NCBI GenBank assembly: GCA_965263295.1
Contig: OZ253665.1
Location: 172,933 to 236,932, forward strand
Reading direction: 5' to 3'
DNA length: 64,000 nucleotides
From: Spirochaetia bacterium
GTDB taxonomy: Bacteria; Spirochaetota; Spirochaetia; SP-2023
Shown here: positions 1-9,898 of the stretch, one piece after another
How positions within the stretch are numbered: position 1 is the first letter of the stretch
How the letters are laid out: every line of letters starts with the position of its first letter
The notes under the pieces: generated by a model
Seen by the model: only the letters and a program-made list of their open reading frames with translations
What the model was told of the DNA's origin: nothing
The model's database searches: none
Program-made: the position numbers and the translations under genes

Positions 1-1159
1 TTTCCAGCGAGTGCTGCCGCGCCAGGTCCTGCAGTTGGGTGCGCAGCCCCGCCGCCTCGGCGGCGGGACCATTATATTCGAGCTCTAGCCATATAGTTTC
101 CCGATCGGACTTCGCGTCGTCGGCTCGGTCCGGGGGGACTGAGGGCGTTGAGTATGCGGCAGATCGCGACGCCCGCAGCATGGCTTGTTGCAGTTCTGTG
201 GCATCGCCACTAAATTTTTCGAGGCGCTGCCACAACGGCACCGGTAATGCTTCGACCTGTTTGTCTCGACCCTCAAATTGTAAGCGCAGCACTACTTTTT
301 TTGCGCTTTCCCCGAAGCCAAAGGCCAGTGGTGAACCGCAGTAGCGCAGTTCCTGCTCGGAGTGGGCGGCTTTGAGCTTTTGCGCTTGATGAATGTGGCC
401 GAGGGCGATGTAGTCAAAACGGCTGGGAAATAATGAGCCGGGAAAGTGGCCCAGCGAGCCGATGTAGAGTTCGCGCACGCCATCGTTTTCGATGGTGCTG
501 GCACCACTGGCAAAAAGGTGCCCCATGGCCAGCAAAGGAATTTCACCCGCCGGCGCGCGCGCCGGGGCATGTATGCGCAAAAAACGCTCGGCCTCGGCAG
601 CCAGGGCCTGGTAATACATGGCAACGCCGCGCTGTAATTTTTGTTCCTTGTCCTGTGTGCTTTCGGCCCAGCTGCTGCTGCGCAGATAACTGTCTTGCAG
701 ATAGGGTAGGGCGGCGACGAGGGCCTGCAGTGTGCCGGTGTCGTCGTAAATTGGCAGCAGTTCGGGTGGAAATTCGGCATTTTCGTCGGGGCTTGTGCCG
801 GCCTGTAAACTTTGGACTTTGCCTTGGAGCAGTCCGCTGGGCCTGCCGATTACATGGACGCGCAAAGTCTTGAGCAGGGCCTTGGGTGCTTCGAGAAACA
901 TGGCGGAATCGTGGTTGCCAGCGCAAACAACGATCTCGCAGAATCTGGAGGCCCGGTGCAAGAATCTGTAGTAGAGTTCCTGGGCCCAGAGTGGGGGAGT
1001 ATTGGTGTCGAAGATGTCACCGGCAATCAACAATAGATCACAAGTGCCTAGTTGCCCTAGCATCCAGTCGAGAAAAAGGCGAAATTCACGTTCGCGACTT
1101 TTGTGATACAGCCGTTTCCCTAAATGCCAGTCGGAACTGTGTAAAACTTCAAACGGCAT
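1..1159 (-). CDS. sbcD: Exonuclease SbcCD nuclease subunit SbcD (Mre11-type metallophosphoesterase); C-terminus runs off the window
   Basis: Absent from the ORF track because no stop lies inside the window. The reverse complement from the ATG at 1159 reads MPFEVLHSSDWHLGKRLYHKSREREF...LLLIAGDIFD...VVCAGNHDS...ALGHIH. It stays open for 386 codons down to position 2. These are the canonical SbcD/Mre11 phosphoesterase motifs. Confidence 0.85.
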   Translation of the reverse strand, partial: MPFEVLHSSDWHLGKRLYHKSREREFRLFLDWMLGQLGTCDLLLIAGDIFDTNTPPLWAQELYYRFLHRASRFCEIVVCAGNHDSAMFLEAPKALLKTLRVHVIGRPSGLLQGKVQSLQAGTSPDENAEFPPELLPIYDDTGTLQALVAALPYLQDSYLRSSSWAESTQDKEQKLQRGVAMYYQALAAEAERFLRIHAPARAPAGEIPLLAMGHLFASGASTIENDGVRELYIGSLGHFPGSLFPSRFDYIALGHIHQAQKLKAAHSEQELRYCGSPLAFGFGESAKKVVLRLQFEGRDKQVEALPVPLWQRLEKFSGDATELQQAMLRASRSAAYSTPSVPPDRADDAKSDRETIWLELEYNGPAAEAAGLRTQLQDLARQHSLE

Positions 1160-1280
1160 GATTTTCCCTGCACATCGACGGATAAAATTGTTGCGAAAGC
1201 ATTCTAGCGGGATTGTGCGAGCTGTGCAAAGTTTAGCGTTTACATTGCCCAGGTTGCCCCGTTAGAATGAGCAGTGCAAT

Positions 1281-2273
1281 ATGGCAGAACAAAATACCCG
1301 GCAAGATATCCGACCAAACATCCAACAGAATATCCAGGCCAACTGGGACAGGCTGGCCTTCCCCTGGACGGACATCAACCCCTGTAGTCCCAAATCGCTA
1401 AACATCGTGTTGGAACGTCTGGAGGCGGCGCCGCGCAAGCGCTGGGGCCAGAACTTCTTGATTGACTTGACTGCACAGCAGCGCATTGTGCGGGCGGCAG
1501 GCATTCAAGCTAGCGATCGAGTTTGGGAGATCGGCCCCGGTTTGGGGGCCCTCACCCAGCATTTGTGGCGCCGCAGTCGCAGCTTGACTTTATTTGAGAT
1601 TGACCCTGTGTTGCTGGATTTTTATGCCAGTCGCTTGGGAGTTGACTGGGGAGTTGACTTGGGATCTGGCCGGGATGGGACAGCGGAAGCCTCGCGAGCA
1701 AAACTTTGTTGCCAGCTGGTCGCCGGCGATGTTCTACAGACCTGGCCTACGGTTTGGCAACGATGGGGGGAATGCCCGCAAGTTGCAATGGGTAATTTGC
1801 CGTATAACTCAGTCAGTTCGCTTCTGAGTGCGTTTGCCCGGCACTTGGAATTCCGGCCGCGTTGCATGGTGTTTACGGTGCAGAAAGAAATGGCAGAACG
1901 CTTGACGGCCAAGGAGCGCAGTAAACCTTATTCTTCGTTTAGTGTGCTGTTACAGAGCCAGTTCCACGTCGAATGTTTGTTTGACTTGCCGCCACGGCTT
2001 TTTTATCCGCGGCCCAACGTAACTTCGACCACGATTCGACTTTTGCCGCGCAAACACGGTCTGAAGGCAACGCAGCTGCGCGAATTGGAGCGTTTTACGC
2101 GAGCTATTTTCAGTCAGCGGCGCAAGACTTTGGCCAACAATATTAAATCCAGCGCTTTTCAGGCTCGCTTTGGGGAGCTTGAGCCCAAGTTGGCAGGTTT
2201 AGGGATTCAATACAGTCAACGCGCTGAAGAGATCTCCATAGATCAGTTTCTAGACTTGGCAAGCTTGCTCTAA
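1281..2273 (+). CDS. rsmA: 16S rRNA (adenine1518/1519-N6)-dimethyltransferase RsmA/KsgA
   Basis: KRWGQNFLID followed by the SAM motif VWEIGPGLGALT, and NLPYN. The region ahead of the GQNFL motif is longer than usual, about 50 aa. Confidence 0.9.
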   Translation: MAEQNTRQDIRPNIQQNIQANWDRLAFPWTDINPCSPKSLNIVLERLEAAPRKRWGQNFLIDLTAQQRIVRAAGIQASDRVWEIGPGLGALTQHLWRRSRSLTLFEIDPVLLDFYASRLGVDWGVDLGSGRDGTAEASRAKLCCQLVAGDVLQTWPTVWQRWGECPQVAMGNLPYNSVSSLLSAFARHLEFRPRCMVFTVQKEMAERLTAKERSKPYSSFSVLLQSQFHVECLFDLPPRLFYPRPNVTSTTIRLLPRKHGLKATQLRELERFTRAIFSQRRKTLANNIKSSAFQARFGELEPKLAGLGIQYSQRAEEISIDQFLDLASLL

Positions 2274-2350
2274 GCCCCCACAAGTGAAACTTTGAAAATT
2301 TCTTATCGCCCTCGATGCCGTTGAAACCAGTGAAACCAGGTGACGCAAAT

Positions 2351-3508
2351 TCAGCGTGAGTCTAGCTCTTGCAGTTCACTTTGGTACTTTTGTTCCAGTT
2401 CGTATATCAAATCATGGGCACGCCGGGCCAATTGGGCGGCAGGGCTTGGCGTTTTATGGGGGTTGTCTTGCAACTCAGATGGGTAGGGAGGGCTCAGCAA
2501 GCGACGCCAGCTTCGCGCTCCTGGCAGCTTGTGCCATATTTTCTGTAGCGGCCATATTTGGGTGGCGGTACTTTGCGTGCTGGGGTATGTTTCTAGGTAG
2601 TCGGCATAAAGGCCGACTAATTCTGAGCGGCAAGTCACTCCTGTGTCGCCACTTGAATTTGTCAGGTTGCTGTGCGAGAGCATTTGCCGCCGGATGCCGA
2701 ACAGTTCCCAAGTGTCTTCATACGTGACGCGGCCCAACATGACTCCGTCGACCTGAGGCCAAACGGCGGCAATTTGTTCATAAATTTTCAAGCCGCCATT
2801 CAAGTCGACGGCTAAGTGGCCAGAGGCACCGGCAGAACTAAAGTCGCGGCGCAAGGCGAATACCATCGGATAGTCAAGTGGGGGGATTTCGCGGTTTTGC
2901 TTGGGGTCAAGTCCGTCCAGTATGGCGATGCGGGCGTGGGCGATCAGACGGTCACATTGAGGGGCAACTTTTTCAATGAATGTGTACAAGTCTCGCTGGC
3001 TGGTCAGATTTATGTCGCGGCTTTTTTGTTCAATTCCCAGGCGGTGTTTAAGAGTAACAATGGGCTGTGGCTGCTGGGCAAATAGGTGCGTTGTATCGTC
3101 GACGGCTTGTCGCATGGCAGCCAGGATTTCGGCCACCAGAGGTGCATCATTCATCAAGATGGCCCCTATGTTGCGGTTTTGTACCCGGTCGCTCGGACAA
3201 CCGACATTCAGATTGTATTCGGCAAAGCTAAGAGCTTGTTGACTGCCGTACTCGCGAGCTATGCGGACAGCCTGGTAAGCCTCCCGCGGGCAGTGTGTGC
3301 CTAGTTGCAAGGCTACAGGATGTTCTGTTGGATGTAGGGCCAAAAAGCGTTCAACTTCTCCGTGGATAATGGCTCCAGAGCTAATCATTTCGGTGTATAA
3401 CCACAGTTCGGGAAATAGTTGCCGCAGCAGGTAGCGGAAGCGGGGTTCTGTCTTGTCGATCATAGGGGCCAGAGAAATACGCTGACTCAGGCGCTCTAAC
3501 TTGGTCAT
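2351..3508 (-). CDS. dusA: tRNA-dihydrouridine synthase, DusA-like
   Basis: SLAPMIDKTEPRFRYLLRQL...LYTEMISSGAIIHG...ALQLG...NLNVGCPSDRVQN matches the DusA pattern. Confidence 0.8.
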   Translation of the reverse strand: MTKLERLSQRISLAPMIDKTEPRFRYLLRQLFPELWLYTEMISSGAIIHGEVERFLALHPTEHPVALQLGTHCPREAYQAVRIAREYGSQQALSFAEYNLNVGCPSDRVQNRNIGAILMNDAPLVAEILAAMRQAVDDTTHLFAQQPQPIVTLKHRLGIEQKSRDINLTSQRDLYTFIEKVAPQCDRLIAHARIAILDGLDPKQNREIPPLDYPMVFALRRDFSSAGASGHLAVDLNGGLKIYEQIAAVWPQVDGVMLGRVTYEDTWELFGIRRQMLSHSNLTNSSGDTGVTCRSELVGLYADYLETYPSTQSTATQIWPLQKIWHKLPGARSWRRLLSPPYPSELQDNPHKTPSPAAQLARRAHDLIYELEQKYQSELQELDSR

Positions 3509-4506
3509 TGTAGAGGAGAATTAAATTTATTGTGGCCATGTTGGCGAAAAGGATTGTCTGGCCGCAGCGCTTCTTCACGCAGTTTTTGGTATACCGGTTC
3601 AGCTTCTTGGTGCAGTTCTGCCAGCTCTTGCATGATTGCGTTGCAAACAGTGTCTTTAATCAACTTCTTGTCGGCGGTCTTGGGGTCGGTATCTAACTGG
3701 TGGCGAGCAATGACTCCATCGCGAAATTGACGCCCCCGGACGATGGCGCCGGCAGTTATTATGACCACATTCTCTTCCACTTTGTCGTTTTCCATATTCT
3801 CATCGGGTGAGGGGATTAGGCAGAAACCATTGAGTCCCACAAACAAGACATTTTGAAACACTTTCAGGTAGCTTTCGGCTTCGCGCACGGCGCGCTTGCT
3901 GTCTGGGTTCCATGGCCGGTAACGCGTGCCTGTAGGGAATACCAAGATTATACGGCCTTGGTATTTGCGCTTGGTCATTTCGCCGATGGCGGCGTGATTC
4001 ATCGGCGTGGAAACCTCGCGTACCCGGCGCCTCTCTTCTTCATCCTCAATTTGATCAATATGGCGGCTGGGGTAGATCGTTATAGTGGAATAGGCAGAAG
4101 ACAATACAGGGGTAGCCCGATTCCCTGAAGTCAGTTTATAAGCTTGAATTGGGAGCAAGGCATCGGCGGCTTCTTTGCCCAGGCCGGGGTGACGCTCGAA
4201 AAAACGTAGCAGGGCTGGGAAGTCAAAGTTGCTGTAGTGCTCCATCATAATCAGGCAGGACTCGCCGCGTTGGCAGCGCCGCCACATTTCGACAAATTGC
4301 TCTGCGTTTCGCAGGCCAGAGCCGGGCAGCATCAGGCGGTCAGCCATGTCGCAAATAATTTTGCGGTAAAAAGGAATGCCCGGACTATAGACATTGTCCG
4401 GTGTAATTTCTGGGATTTCAATATCTGGATTGGACATAATTTCATGGATGACTGGAGCAAAAAACTCCATAAATGTAATGCCTTCCCGTAGTTCCACAAA
4501 TTTCAT
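3505..4506 (-). CDS. Phospholipid/glycerol acyltransferase family protein (PlsC-like)
   Basis: H(X4)D acyltransferase motif in MMEHYSNFDFPAL, plus FPTGTR (the FPEGTR-like block). Its stop overlaps the dusA start by 4 nt. Confidence 0.55.
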   Translation of the reverse strand: MKFVELREGITFMEFFAPVIHEIMSNPDIEIPEITPDNVYSPGIPFYRKIICDMADRLMLPGSGLRNAEQFVEMWRRCQRGESCLIMMEHYSNFDFPALLRFFERHPGLGKEAADALLPIQAYKLTSGNRATPVLSSAYSTITIYPSRHIDQIEDEEERRRVREVSTPMNHAAIGEMTKRKYQGRIILVFPTGTRYRPWNPDSKRAVREAESYLKVFQNVLFVGLNGFCLIPSPDENMENDKVEENVVIITAGAIVRGRQFRDGVIARHQLDTDPKTADKKLIKDTVCNAIMQELAELHQEAEPVYQKLREEALRPDNPFRQHGHNKFNSPLQ

Positions 4507-4733
4507 ATCCTATGCCTTTCAAAGTACTTTGTAAGTATTAATTATTTTATTCGCATATTTTATATCAGCGCAAGGTTTTGTCTCCGAGCATTATAAAAGC
4601 TTTATCTCAAGTTGTCACTATCTAGGGGGCTACTACAATTTTGTAAATATCTTTAAATTATACAGACGCAGAAATCTTATACTTTTTTATAGCATAGTGG
4701 CAGTTTTATAAACTGTAATAGGAGCTGAATCCA

Positions 4734-5156
4734 ATGTCTGAAATAGAATGTAAGCGCGGGGTAAGAAAAACGGGAGAGCCATATCGCGTCATGGTAGTAG
4801 ATGACTCCGTATTTATACAAAAACAGATGAGTATGATGCTGACCTCTGAGGGCTTTGAGGTGTTTGCCAAGGCTAATAATGGCGAGGAAGCGTTGGCCAT
4901 ATATCAGAATAATAAGGATAAAATAGACTTGGTCACGATGGATATCACGATGCCCAAGATGGATGGAATTACGGCGTTGGGCAAGCTGATTGAGTTTGAT
5001 CCCAAGGTCATTGTCATTATGGTGAGTGCTTTGGGCAAGGAAGATTTGGTCAAAAAATCCTTGCTGTTAGGGGCAAAAAATTATGTAGTCAAGCCGTTAA
5101 GCCGGGATAAGGTGATCGGCCGCATCGCTTCTCTTGTTGAACATATCGAAGTTTGA
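4734..5156 (+). CDS. Single-domain response regulator (CheY-like receiver)
   Basis: RVMVVDDS...DLVTMDITMPKMDG...VIMVSALG...GAKNYVVKP gives the receiver-domain acidic pocket, T/S and K positions. Confidence 0.8.
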   Translation: MSEIECKRGVRKTGEPYRVMVVDDSVFIQKQMSMMLTSEGFEVFAKANNGEEALAIYQNNKDKIDLVTMDITMPKMDGITALGKLIEFDPKVIVIMVSALGKEDLVKKSLLLGAKNYVVKPLSRDKVIGRIASLVEHIEV

Positions 5157-5172
5157 GGAAGCTTGTTTTTTG

Positions 5173-5790
5173 CTAACGATAGAGCACAGCTTGCATTACT
5201 CTAGCGGCCTCTTCGTCACCGACTAAGCGTTTTATCAAGCGTTCAGCCAGCAAGTGGGCGCTGCCCACGCCGCTGGCCGTGATGATTCGGCCATCTTCGA
5301 CGAGTGGAGAATTTTGTCTTGTCGCATTTAGTTCTGCTGATACTACGGCCTCAGCTCCAGGGTAACAGGTATATTTAAGTCCTCGGAGCAAGCCACTGGC
5401 ATTGCCCAGCACATGGGCAGGTGCGGCGCAGATTGCGGCTAGATAGCGAGAGTCAGGCTCTAATTTTTGCTTGTATTCGCACAAGAAGTTGATGAGTTGG
5501 GTATTTTCGGCTAAGTGTTTACTGCCTGGCATACCGCCCGGTAAAAAGACGGCATCCACGGCCAATTTTTGGTCTTGATACTCTTGCAGAAAGTCTGGCA
5601 GGGTAATATGGGCGCGTAATTGCAACTGGTGAGAGCCTGTAATTAGCAAAGGATCCGCGGAGTCGCAAGAAGCGGTGTGCACGGCGACTAGAGTTATTTG
5701 GATTCCAGCTCGACAGCAAAGATCATATGGAAGACTGAATTCTACTTCTTCTAAGCCATCGGCTAGCATAATCACTAGATTTTTATTCAT
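5173..5790 (-). CDS. DJ-1/PfpI (ThiJ) family protein
   Basis: Nucleophile-elbow motif AAICAAPAHVLG, and VFLPGGMPG upstream of it. Confidence 0.8.
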   Translation of the reverse strand: MNKNLVIMLADGLEEVEFSLPYDLCCRAGIQITLVAVHTASCDSADPLLITGSHQLQLRAHITLPDFLQEYQDQKLAVDAVFLPGGMPGSKHLAENTQLINFLCEYKQKLEPDSRYLAAICAAPAHVLGNASGLLRGLKYTCYPGAEAVVSAELNATRQNSPLVEDGRIITASGVGSAHLLAERLIKRLVGDEEAARVMQAVLYR

Positions 5791-5816
5791 GGATGGGGAC
5801 CTCCTGGCTGTTAATA

Positions 5817-6056
5817 TTATCGGCGTTCTTTGATTAATTTTTGCAGATCCGATAAGTTTGAGCTGTTGGCTTTGCTTTGGGCGGCATGCCGCATGGCATC
5901 TTGAACTTGTTCGTAAATTTCTTTGCGAAAAATTTTCACAGTACTTGGTGCCCTGATGCCTAGGCGCACTTGATCTCCCTTAATTTCAGTGACACTGATT
6001 TCGATGGTGTCGCTGATAATGACACTCTGACCCTGGCGGCGTGAGAGTACAAGCAC
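5817..6056 (-). CDS. csrA: Carbon storage regulator CsrA
   Basis: MLVLSRRQGQSVIISDTIEISVTEIKGDQVRLGIRAPSTVKIFRKEIYEQV is the canonical CsrA sequence. Confidence 0.95.
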   Translation of the reverse strand: MLVLSRRQGQSVIISDTIEISVTEIKGDQVRLGIRAPSTVKIFRKEIYEQVQDAMRHAAQSKANSSNLSDLQKLIKERR

Positions 6057-6072
6057 GGAAAATAACCCTTGC

Positions 6073-6561
6073 CTAGTTGCTCTGTGGCGCAGCCGGTTCG
6101 GTCGCTCGGCTTAGGTTTGAGGACTGGCGCAGGTCGGCGAGCTTATGGCGTACAGACCAGCGTTCATCGCTGACAATAATTTGACGGCCCAGGTTCTGGG
6201 CTTTGTTGAGTATTATAGGACCTTGCAGATTCGCCGTAGAGGATTGGGAGTCCTGTTCATTCAAAGTGACGATAGAGAATATCAGCAGTTTGCTATCGGC
6301 CTTGTCAAAAATGCCAATGCTGGAAAAATCTTCATCAGAAGCTTGCTGGATGCCGTAATCCGACACCAGAAAATTGGGCGTCAGCAAGAGAAAGGCCAGG
6401 TCTTCGTCTTCTAAGGATTGTAGCCAATAAAAGGGAGGATAGGCCGAATCAATCAGGGCAAAGCTGCGCAATTCTTCGAAGGCATACAAGCCGTAGGGGA
6501 AGTGGAATATTTGGCGGGGGTCTATTTGGATTCTCCCCATGGCTTGAGTTTGTATTTCCAT
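6073..6561 (-). CDS. fliW: Flagellar assembly factor FliW
   Basis: IFHFPYGLYAFEELRSFALI...PFYWLQS...FLLLTP...NLQGPIILN. It sits directly upstream of csrA, as in the known fliW-csrA pairs. Confidence 0.85.
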   Translation of the reverse strand: MEIQTQAMGRIQIDPRQIFHFPYGLYAFEELRSFALIDSAYPPFYWLQSLEDEDLAFLLLTPNFLVSDYGIQQASDEDFSSIGIFDKADSKLLIFSIVTLNEQDSQSSTANLQGPIILNKAQNLGRQIIVSDERWSVRHKLADLRQSSNLSRATEPAAPQSN

Positions 6562-6579
6562 CGTTGGGAAAGTCCGATT

Positions 6580-7824
6580 CTAGCGCAAGAAATCCATCAG
6601 GCTGGTATTCATGGTGCGAGCTGCAGCCATATAGGCGGCCGTCTGGGAGTTTTGCAATTCTTTCAGTTCCATGATAGCCTGGCTGATGTCGATAGAACGT
6701 TCTTCTGTATCCATTGCGGTGTAATTGTATTGTTCCTCGCGCAACAAATTCCCGAGGTTCTCGGCGCGCTCCTGGCGCGCGCCGAAAGACGTACGGACTG
6801 AGCTGACGTTGGCAATACTGGCGTCAATGGCGGCCAGGTAACGACTGCCCACAGCTTCCGAATCGCCACTGAGCAAGGCGTCGCGCAGCCCAATCACTAC
6901 GTCAAAGATCGACGCTCCGCCTTGTTGGGCCTCGCCGTCAATGTTGTAAGGGGGGCGGTTATGCTCTGTAAGGCCAAGTCTTTGCAGGTTGTCTGTATCA
7001 TTGGCCTCTTGTAACCAAATTTGATGAGGCTCCGTGCTTTGCAAGACAATGCCGCGATTCATTGGCGAAATTTCTGCACGCACAGCGGCTCCACTCTCAT
7101 TGATTTTAGCTACGATACTGCGGGCGTTGTCACCCACTTCCAGGGGAATATGGATACCATCGATACTGAAGCTACTGGGCTGCTGTACGAAAAAGTTGTC
7201 GCTGTTGACATTGCTCGCAATACTTTGAGATTGGGCCCAGAAGAGTTTACTGCCGGGCACAGTGGCCTCAATGTACTTACCGTCTAGGACTTCCAGGGAG
7301 CGCGCCTGGTCATTGCCCGTGTAACGTACCTTAGCTATGGCATTTCTACCTAGCCCGGCAACGAAACCCTCTTCGCTGGCAAATGCGCTGACACTGGCTT
7401 CAGTGCCACCAAACAAGGCCGTGCCATATTCGTCGCGGGCATTGGCGACACTGAGCAAATCCTGCAACAATTCGTTGGCGACCAGGCCAATCTGCTGTAG
7501 ATCCGCTTTCGCATAGGTCCCACTAGCGCCTTGTACCGCCATGGTGCGCAGCTCCTGCAGATTGCTCATTGCCCGGTTCATCTGGCTTTCTGCAAGTTGA
7601 AAACGTTCGTTGACGTGGATAATCTGATCGCTGTATTTCTCTAGGCGGCTGAGTTGCGAAAGGTAGCGCGAAGCGCGAGTCGCGGCAATAGTGTTGTCGC
7701 CCAGCATATCATATTTTTGATTGCTGCCGATCTGATTCATCAACTTGTTGACTTTTTCGTCTTTTTGGCGGGCGTAGTGGCGAATGTCGTCGCTACTTTG
7801 ATATGTGCTGGTTCGGATATTCAT
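6580..7824 (-). CDS. flgL: Flagellar hook-associated protein 3 FlgL
   Basis: Flagellin-type N- and C-terminal helices (…NLQELRTMAVQGASGTY…; C-terminus …QTAAYMAAARTMNTSLMDFLR). Located just downstream of flgK. Confidence 0.85.
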   Translation of the reverse strand: MNIRTSTYQSSDDIRHYARQKDEKVNKLMNQIGSNQKYDMLGDNTIAATRASRYLSQLSRLEKYSDQIIHVNERFQLAESQMNRAMSNLQELRTMAVQGASGTYAKADLQQIGLVANELLQDLLSVANARDEYGTALFGGTEASVSAFASEEGFVAGLGRNAIAKVRYTGNDQARSLEVLDGKYIEATVPGSKLFWAQSQSIASNVNSDNFFVQQPSSFSIDGIHIPLEVGDNARSIVAKINESGAAVRAEISPMNRGIVLQSTEPHQIWLQEANDTDNLQRLGLTEHNRPPYNIDGEAQQGGASIFDVVIGLRDALLSGDSEAVGSRYLAAIDASIANVSSVRTSFGARQERAENLGNLLREEQYNYTAMDTEERSIDISQAIMELKELQNSQTAAYMAAARTMNTSLMDFLR

Positions 7825-7861
7825 AAAATCTACTCCTACGGCCTGTGGTGCCGGCCTAACT

Positions 7862-9823
7862 CTAGGCTCCTACTTGGTTGATCAAGACGTCCATCAGTTT
7901 GTCGAAGGTGGCGATAAATCGGGCCGCGGCATTATAACCGTGCTGAAACTTTATCATGTTGGTGAATTCTTCGTCTAGGTTGACCCCACTCACCTCTTTG
8001 CGCATATCTTCAAGTTCCTTTAACTCTTCGGTAAAAGTTGTGAGGAACAAACCGGCCTGATGTTCCTTGGCTCCGATTTCGGCAATGTTGCTGGCAAAAA
8101 AGTCACCCATGGTTTCGCGGCCACCGAACATAAGAGGCTGGTGAGCCAGTGCGGCAATTTCCAGGGCCACTTCATTGTTACCCAAGGGAGCACCCAAGGG
8201 AGCACTCAGGGGGCCGGACGGGGTAGCACTCAAGGGGTCGGGCTTGGCCGAGCTGATACTGGCTGGGTCTTTAAGGATCGCTTGATTGACTCGTATTGAA
8301 GCGGAAGGGTTGCGCTGCAGTTGGACCTGCCACTTGGCTCCCGGCTCGCCACCATTTTCGTCGTCCAAGCTGGCCTGACGCAGCAGCAAAGCCTGGTCGG
8401 GTTGGCTGGCATCAAATACGTTGCCCGGTTCTTGCGGGTTTTGACTTTGCATCAAGCCACTGTATTGGGTTAAAAAATATGAATTGTCGGCGATATAGGA
8501 CAGTGCAAATTCACCGATACTGCTCTGTGCCGTGGCGTGCAGCTGGAGTTTGCCGTCGCGATCTAAACGCGCCTTGACATCGGCGCCGGCCTGGTTTATG
8601 CGCTCAATTACGGCCTGCACGGTATCCGTGGCATTGTATGGCACAGCGACATTGCCGCCGGCGGCGCCCAGCGTCAGTTCGCCACTGATGCCTAAAACGT
8701 CAGTGTGGCTGAGCTTTTCTGTGCCGCTGATCTGGTAAAGGCGTGTTTGGTCAAAGGCGCCATCGCCATTACTATCGTAATTACCCAGAGGATTGCCGGT
8801 TTCGCTGAAGACTTCAAAGAAGTTTTGTGCGGTTTTACCGTTGAGCCCCACGCCAGAGCTGTGAATCTCGTTGACTTGGGCCACATAGGTCATGGTCAGT
8901 TCGTCGATTTGGCGAATCTCTTGAGCCAGATCTTTGTCGCGAAGGTCTAGCAAAGCTTTGAGTGAGCCGCCTGTGAGTTGCACGGGCTCAAGCTCTACTT
9001 GGGTATTGCCACTAGTCCTGGGCCAGACCACTTGAAAGTAGCCGCCGTTGTCGGAGCTGGCCAGGAGCTGGAAGTTTTGAACGTCTGCGCCCTGAACTAG
9101 GCGGAAACCGCCGACATGAACCTGATATTCGTCGGCATCGCGCATATCGGAACTGATGTCAATATACTGAGAAAGTTTCTGAACCAGAGAATCGCGCCGG
9201 TCGAGCAAATCATTGGGCTGGTCGCCGACCGCCAAAGAGCGCTGTATCTGTTTATTTAAGCTTCCAATGTTATTGACGAGATCATTGACTTCTTTAACCT
9301 GGATGCGGACTTCGTCATTAATCTGATTGCGCAGTCCGTTAAGGCGCTCAAAGCGCAGGTTTATGTGGTCTGCCAGGCTTTGACCGCGGTAGGCAATTTG
9401 CTGGCGTGCGTCCAAATTCGCCGGGTCAGTCGAGAGGTTTTGCCAAGATTCCCAGAATTGATCAACTATCTTGCGGATTGAATTGCCATCGTTTTCGTGG
9501 TAGAGTTTGTCGATCTGTCCCAAATATTGGCTGCGGACTTGCCAATGGGAAGTTTTTTCTTGAGATTGCAAGATCTGCCTGTCGATAAAAAAATCGCGCA
9601 CGCGCTCAATACGGGTTATCGCTACGCCTGTGCCCATCTGTCCGGCTCGCTCGGGCCGGCTCAGATCGGGGGCAGATAGGGCTTCAGTCGGGCTCATGCG
9701 CACGCGCTGGCGACTGTAGCCTTCGGTCGAAGAATTGCTAATATTGTGCGCTACGGTACTCAGCGCGCTCTGATGGCCCATCAGGCCGCGCTTGCCTGTC
9801 TCTAATTGCCCAAATGTGCTCAT
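7862..9823 (-). CDS. flgK: Flagellar hook-associated protein 1 FlgK
   Basis: N-terminus MSTFGQLETGKRGLMGHQSALSTVAHNISNSSTEGYSRQRV and C-terminus VNLDEEFTNMIKFQHGYNAAARFI. An SD (AGGAG) precedes the ATG. Confidence 0.9.
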   Translation of the reverse strand: MSTFGQLETGKRGLMGHQSALSTVAHNISNSSTEGYSRQRVRMSPTEALSAPDLSRPERAGQMGTGVAITRIERVRDFFIDRQILQSQEKTSHWQVRSQYLGQIDKLYHENDGNSIRKIVDQFWESWQNLSTDPANLDARQQIAYRGQSLADHINLRFERLNGLRNQINDEVRIQVKEVNDLVNNIGSLNKQIQRSLAVGDQPNDLLDRRDSLVQKLSQYIDISSDMRDADEYQVHVGGFRLVQGADVQNFQLLASSDNGGYFQVVWPRTSGNTQVELEPVQLTGGSLKALLDLRDKDLAQEIRQIDELTMTYVAQVNEIHSSGVGLNGKTAQNFFEVFSETGNPLGNYDSNGDGAFDQTRLYQISGTEKLSHTDVLGISGELTLGAAGGNVAVPYNATDTVQAVIERINQAGADVKARLDRDGKLQLHATAQSSIGEFALSYIADNSYFLTQYSGLMQSQNPQEPGNVFDASQPDQALLLRQASLDDENGGEPGAKWQVQLQRNPSASIRVNQAILKDPASISSAKPDPLSATPSGPLSAPLGAPLGNNEVALEIAALAHQPLMFGGRETMGDFFASNIAEIGAKEHQAGLFLTTFTEELKELEDMRKEVSGVNLDEEFTNMIKFQHGYNAAARFIATFDKLMDVLINQVGA

Positions 9824-9853
9824 TTTAACTCCTGGAACTCCCGCTGACTGTCT

Positions 9854-9898
9854 GCTCGGCTAAGCCTCGGCATGAAAATCTCGCTCGGCTAAGCCTCG
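9854..9898. repeat. 16-nt direct repeat GCTCGGCTAAGCCTCG x2 (9854-9869 and 9883-9898)
   Basis: Exact copies read from the sequence. One overlaps the stop of the flgN-like ORF and the other lies in the flgK 5' leader. Confidence 0.85.

Noticed and set aside
39-1036. Several 60-160-aa ORFs listed at the left edge in multiple frames
   Set aside because: All of them overlap the continuous 386-codon sbcD reading frame on the minus strand, which carries canonical Mre11/SbcD motifs.
6566-6576. GGGAAAGTCCG, resembling the RNase P RNA P4 motif GAGGAAAGUCCGG
   Set aside because: It lies in an 18-nt gap between flgL and fliW, leaving no room for a ~350-nt RNA. This is a chance match.
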